The notes beneath the pieces were generated by a model. It was not told the origin of the DNA. It saw only the letters and a program-made list of their open reading frames with translations, and made no database searches. Position numbers and translations under genes: made by a program. DNA of 64,000 bases, taken from NCBI GenBank assembly GCA_951406725.2, contig OX597840.1, positions 20,274,001-20,338,000 on the forward strand, in the 5' to 3' direction. The stretch comes from Octopus vulgaris. Lineage: Eukaryota. Of the stretch, positions 57,743 through 64,000 are shown in pieces (position 1 is the stretch's first letter; each line of letters opens with the position of its first letter).

Positions 57743-60050
57743 TTAGCTATAAAATACAGTTTTCATTGCATCTTCTTTGGGTAGCTTTTAAATGATGAGA
57801 TGAAATTACTATAAAATACAACTTAAACATGAACAAATGCTACACCCTATTGTATACAGCTGGTAGAAATGTTAACAGTATTTCGTCTGCCGCTACGTTC
57901 TGAGTTCAAATTCTGCCGTGGTTGACTTTGCCTTTCATCCTTTCGGGGGTCGATTAAATAAGTACCAGTTATGCACTGGATTCGATATAATCGACTTAAT
58001 CCGTCTGTCTGTCCTTGTTTGTCCTCTCTGTGTTTAACCCCTTGTGGGTAGTAAAGAAATAGGTATTTCATCTGACGATACGTTCTGAGTTCAAATTCTG
58101 CTGAGGTTGACTTTCATCCTTCCGGGGTCAATTAAAAAGGTACCAGTTACGTACTGGTGTCGATGTAATAGATTTAATCCCTTTGTCTGTCCTTGTTTGT
58201 TCCCTCTATGTTGAGCTCCCTGTAGGCAATAAAGAGATTAATATCTTTAATCTTTTGATCTGTCATCTTTTAGTTGAAGATGGATCGCGAGGATTCATGG
58301 TTGCATCAACCTGTCGGATACTCAGGCAGTTGGGTATCAAAGGCTGCAGAAGAACTTCAACAACCAAATGCTTGTCCGATGTTGCTGCAAAGAGCTCAAT
58401 GTGGATACGGGTGAAGAGGAATGACCAACGGACCTAGTTATGGATTCCATTGGTCATTTACAGGAAACAGAAATGACCCAGGTTCAAATCCTGCTCAAGA
58501 AAGGATTTTGGAAAGCAGCATGAGGACACCTAGGAGTCATAACCTGGTGGGCCCAGCTCTTGTAGGGTGTCAGGTATAAGGCGGCGACCTGGCAGAATCG
58601 TTAGTACGCCGGGCGAAATGCTTAGCAGTATTTCGTCTGCCGCTACGTTCTGAGTTCAAATTCCGCCGAGGTCGATTTTGCCTTTTATCCTTTCGGGGTC
58701 GATAAATTAAGTACCAGTTACTGGGGTCGATATAATCGATTTAATCCGTTTGTCTGTCCTTGTTTGTCCTCTCTGTGTTTAGCCCCTTGTGGGTAGTAAA
58801 GAAATAGGTATAAAGGCTGAAGCACTTGCCAGATGGGAGTTCTTCCTCTGAAGTTTTCTCCAGCTGTGCGCACGACTTGCGTTAAGTTGTTATTTATTTT
58901 TTTTTACTTATTTCGATCATTGGCCATACTGGGGCACTGCCTTGAAGGGTTTCATTGAATTAATCATCACCATGGTATTAATTTTTAAAAACATATATAT
59001 AATTACCAGTGACAGAAGCAATATTAATACCTAAAGGTAATATTAATATCAAACGGTAATAACGAGTGTGGCTATGAAGAAATATTACTTTACTTGGAAA
59101 CAGGTGAGGCTGGCAACAGGAAGGGCATTTGGGCAAAGAAAAATCTGCCTCAATAAACCCAGTGTAATTCAGGCAAGCATGGAAAAGTGATCATTAAAAC
59201 GATGGTTTTATATATACATCGGTGGCAGGCAGCACGTAAAAAACACCTTTTGAGTGTGGTCGCTGCCAGAACCGCCCGACAAACCCTTGTACCAGTGGCA
59301 CATATAAGTACCCACTACACTGTTGGAGTGGTTGGTGTTAGGAAGGGCATCCAGCTGTAGAAACACTGCCAGATCAGATTGGAGCCTGGTGCAGTCTTCT
59401 GGCTTCCCAGATCCCCGGTCGAACCGTCCAACCCATGCTAGCATGGAAAGCGGACGTTAAACGACGACGACGATGATATATATATTCGATTAGAGGTTAT
59501 GTTAGCCTCATGAAGTGAAGGATGTCATCCAAGGAAATACTGGTTCAATACCTAATATTTTAGGGAAATTAATTTCCTTAAAACATCATCATCATCATCA
59601 TCATCATTTAGCGTCCGTTTTCCATGCTAGCATGGGTTGGACGGTTCAACTGGGGTCTGGGGAGCCCGAAGGCTGTACCAGGCCAGTCAGATCTGGCAGT
59701 GTTTCTACAGCTGGATGCCCTTCCTAACGCCAACCACTCCGAGAGTGTAGTGGGTGATTTTATGTGCCACCGACACAGGTGCCAGACGAGGCTGGCAGAC
59801 GGCCACGCTCGGATGGTGTTTTTATGTGCCACCGACACAGGTGCCAGATGAGGCTGGCGGACGGCCACGATCGGATGGTGTTTTTATGTGCCACCGACAC
59901 AGGTGCCAGATGAGGCTGGCGGACGGCCACGATCGGATGGTGTTTGTTACGTCCCCAAAGCATGGAGGCCAGTCTATGCGGTACTGGCTACGGCCACGTT
60001 CGGATGAGGTGTGTATATAAACTGTAGTCTATATTTATATAAAGCAAGAA

Positions 60051-60323
60051 GAAGAAGGAAATGGAGATTGTGAAGTTAATAAGAGTTTATTACCAGCAAC
60101 AAATCAATCATTATCGCTTACAACTGTTTGCTGCTGTGGTGAAGCTATAAACAAACATACAAAACATCTAAGGGTACATTTTGTTCCCTCTCAAGAGATT
60201 ATGCTCAGAAATATGAACTTAATATTTCATTAATTTACTGTGTATAATTGAAATGGCTGCGAGGGATAATGATCAATCCGTTGTTGATAATAAACTCTTA
60301 TTAACTTCACAATCCCCATTTTC

Positions 60324-60326
<3 letters not shown>
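60051..60326. mobile_element. MITE-like element with ~50-60 bp terminal inverted repeats
   Basis: GATTGTGAAGTTAATAAGAGTTTATTA ... TAATAAACTCTTATTAACTTCACAATC. Confidence 0.6.
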
Positions 60327-60359
<33 letters not shown>

Positions 60360-60584
60360 CTTTACTACCCACAAGGGGCTAAACATAGAGGGGACAAACA
60401 AAGACAGACAAAGGGATTAAGTCGATTACATCGACCCCAGTGCGAAACTGGTACTTATTTTACCGACCCCGAAAGGATGAAAGGCAAAGTCGACCTCGGT
60501 GGAATTTGAACTCAGAATGTAACGACAGACGAAATACGGCTACGCATTTCGCCTGGCACACTAACGTTTCTGCCAGTTCGCTGT

Positions 60585-60622
<38 letters not shown>

Positions 60623-63489
60623 GCTGTGTTTTTTACTGAGATCTCCCTTTTTAGTAGAAGAAATAGCTATAACTTTTGACTGCTATTTCTAAATTTGGTC
60701 TGTGGTAAGGCAATTCGTTGCTAAACCCTTTATTGCTTAGTATATATATATATACACCCCTCTGGCACCTGTGCAGGTGGCACGTAAAAAGCACCCACTG
60801 CACTCGCAGAGTGGTTGGCGTTAGGAAGAGCATCCAGCTGTAGAAACACTGCCAGATCAGACTGGAGCCTGGTGCAGTCTCCTGGCTTCCCAGACCCTGG
60901 TTGAACTGTCCAACCCATGCTAGCATGGAAAAACGGATGTTAAACGATGATGATGATGATGATGATATATATAAATCAAATTGCTGAATCTGGATGCAAA
61001 ATTGTTGCTTTTTGTCTTAGAAGCCTTGTCACCTGTTTAGTCATATAAAATAGCCAAATATGGAGCAATTAATACAGAGAACTATATGTGGTGTGTGAGA
61101 GTAAACCATGGACTACTGATTGTAAAATGGGGGTGCAACCGCCAAGGGGGTAACTATAGGGTTTGAACTACAAACTCAAATGCCTTGATACCCAACTTTG
61201 CTGTGGGGTATTTTGTATTTGGTCAGTCCCCTTGAGGCTTTACAACTCAGATCTCAGAGGAAGAACATGCCCAAGGTCACCTTGGAATGTTAGCTGATAC
61301 TTTAGCTGGTGTTTAGTCTCAGGGAAAATTTACTATTCTTCAGCTTAACCTCAAAATCACAGAGATAATCCCAGCAGTTAACCCTTTGGTATTTAAACCA
61401 GTTATATACCTGGCCCAAACATTCTACCTGTTCTGTGTTCAAACTGGCCAGATCTGACAGCTCACACCTCCTCTACAATGTCATTCCAAAACTATGACGT
61501 CTTGAAAAGTATGAAGTCTTGAAGCTACACCATAATAGACGATTAATTCAAAATTATACTCTTTACTCTTTTACTTGTTTCAGTCATTTGACTGCAGCCA
61601 TGCTGGAGCACCGCCTTTAATCGAGCAACTTGACCCCGGGACTTATTCTTTGTAAGCCCAGTACTTATTCTATCGGTCCCCTTTTGCCGAACCGCTAAGT
61701 GACGGGGACATAAACACACCAGCATCGGTTGTCAAGCAATGCTAGGGGGACAAACACACACACATACATACATATATACGACAGGCTTCTTTCAGTTTCC
61801 GTCTACCAAATCCACTCACAAGACTTTGGTTGTTCTGAGGCTATAGTAGAAGACACTTGCCCAAGGTGCCACGCAGTGGGACTGAACCCGGAACCATGTG
61901 GTTGGTAAGCAAGCTACTTACCACACAGCCACTCCTGCGCCTATGTGGATAAAGAAGCATTTTAGCACAAAACGAGTGGTTGTGTGGTAAGTAGCTTGCT
62001 TACCAACCACATGGTTCCGGGTTCAGTCCCACTGCGTGGCACCTTGGGCAAGTGTCTTCTACTATAGCCTCGGGCCGACCAAAGCCTTGTGAGTGGATTT
62101 GGTAGACGGAAACTGAAAGAAGCCCGTCGTATATATGTATGTATATGCGTGTGTGTGTTTGTGTGTCTGTGTTTGTCCCCCCAACATCACTCGACAACCG
62201 ATGCTGGTGTGTTTACATCCCCGTAACTTAGCGGTTTGGCAAAAGAGACCGATAGAATAAGTACTAGGCTTACAAAGAATAAGTATGTGTGTGTGTGTTA
62301 TATATGTAATTATCAAATTTTATTTTAGGCAGTTTATAGCATTTTGCTGTCTATGTGATGCTCTGGTCCATGGAAAAATTGTCTTGCACAAAACTGGTCT
62401 CTGGTGCAAAAAAAGGTTGTGGTTCTAGCAGCCATCACTATTGAAATGTGTATCAGATTCCTAAGGGAAAGTGACAAGGCTTCTAAAACAAAAAGCAACA
62501 GTAGCAGGACCTATTTTCTATTTTGCATCCAGCTTCAGACTGGGGGTGATGCAAGTGGATCTGAAGGGCAGACTCGTCTTCCCAGAGGAGGAAGTGGTCA
62601 CACTGCTCCTACTAGGTATGTTCCTGGTTTCCAGGAGTGCAAAAACAATCACTGTGGCCCCGGGAGGGCAAACTTGACATTTCTCACCAACTGAAGAAAG
62701 CCAAGTATCAGGCCTTGGTTGTTGGAACTCTTGTCAAAGGACAGCCCCTGGCCGAATTCCCTATTGAAGCCAGTTGTCATGGCTTTCCAGCTAATCTGGT
62801 GCACCGTTTCCTGTGAAAAACTGGTTTGGAACGCTGAGAACTGAAGCCACCAAGGTGGCCATGGTTGGTAAGAGGCTGCAGGTGGGACCCTTCTGCAAAT
62901 GAAAACTAATCCAGTCCTTGGTGCACAACTCAAAGCATGCAGGCCAAGAGGTGGAACGCTTATGACCCCGAGCTACTGGCTGATGATGTGGAAGGCTTTC
63001 AAGAGAAGTGCTTTGAAAACCTTTTAGTAACTGCTCCAGCTTGTGCGTGGAGCAAAGCATCTTGAATGTGTATTTCACCTTAAAGAGAATGTAGGGAACT
63101 ATATGAAGTGCTGTCTGCAAGATGAGTGATGTTTGTTCCTTCTCGAGCCATACCTGGCTCATAAGGGCCGGTTTCCCGGTTTCTTGGCGTATAGGTTACC
63201 CCACCTGGACGGGACGCCGGTCCGTCGCAGGTGAGCTGCAAGATGCAGGAGGAAAGAGTGAGAGAAAGTTGTGGCAAAAGAGTCAGCAGAAGTTTCGCCA
63301 TTACCTTCTGCCGGAGCCACGTGGAGCTCAGGTGTTTCGCTCATAAACACACACACCGCCCGGTCTGAGATTCGAACCCGCGATCCCCCGACCACGAGTC
63401 CGCTGCTCTAACCACTAGGCCATGTGCCTCCAGATGATGAGTGATGCTGTGTGGTAGTGAAACGTGGACACTAAATGTAGAACATTATA

Positions 63490-63701
63490 CAGGGCGGCCC
63501 AAAAGTAGGTTTTCAGTTATTCAACTATCTCTTTCGCATTCATATATTAACGGCTTAGATCTTAATTATAAAAAAATAAGAAACCTTTATTCTATGCTAA
63601 TTTACTTAATTGTAAGACGGAGATTTAAATGTAATAAAACGTTTTAAAAGAAATTTAAAGTGCCTATGTGATAACTGTAACCCCACTTTTGGGTCACCTT
63701 A
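63490..63701. mobile_element. Tc1/mariner-type MITE
   Basis: TA|CAGGGCGGCCCAAAAGTAGG ... CCACTTTTGGGTCACCTTA|TA; the TIR resembles the end at 4937-4952. Confidence 0.6.
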
Positions 63702-64000
63702 TATGTGGTGTGTGTATGACAGTTAAACATGGATAGTGAATGTAGGGGACAATATATCATGTGGTGTGCGTACGATGTATAATGGAGTGTGGTAGCAAAA
63801 CATGGAGGGTAATGAATGGATTGTGTTGTGTGTGTATAATGTGTGATGGGGTATGGCAGTGAAACATGGATAGTGAATGTAGGGGACTATATCTGATGGG
63901 TTTAATATGTGTGATGGTGTATCACGCATATATGAGCACGGAACATGGAGGAATATAATACATGTTAGATGTATGATGATAAAGGACCGTGAATGTAGAA

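Overview
Eukaryotic, intron-rich and repeat-dense genomic DNA. The gene content and SINE/microsatellite landscape suggest a coleoid cephalopod such as Octopus (inference). Three spliced genes were reconstructed by hand from splice sites and frame continuity: INTS4 (+, 19 coding exons, 1624-23329, 939 aa, one U12-type intron), RPSA (+, TCT/5'TOP non-coding first exon plus 5 coding exons, 330 aa) and CPSF4/CPSF30 (-, convergent with RPSA, first exon not found in the window, two CCHC knuckles and a candidate 27-nt microexon). Introns contain several SINE families, CR1/L2-group and RTE LINE pieces, a near-full-length mariner, piggyBac-, Merlin- and Tc1-type MITEs, a Helitron and large (TA)n fields. 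Most notable observations: a pre-miRNA-like 39-bp hairpin and a long-range G:U-biased stem in RPSA introns, minimal hammerhead-ribozyme motifs (probably Penelope-like remnants), a LINE/SINE pair sharing a 3' stem-loop with compensatory changes, the U12 intron and the microexon. Most ORFs in the supplied track are repeat artefacts.
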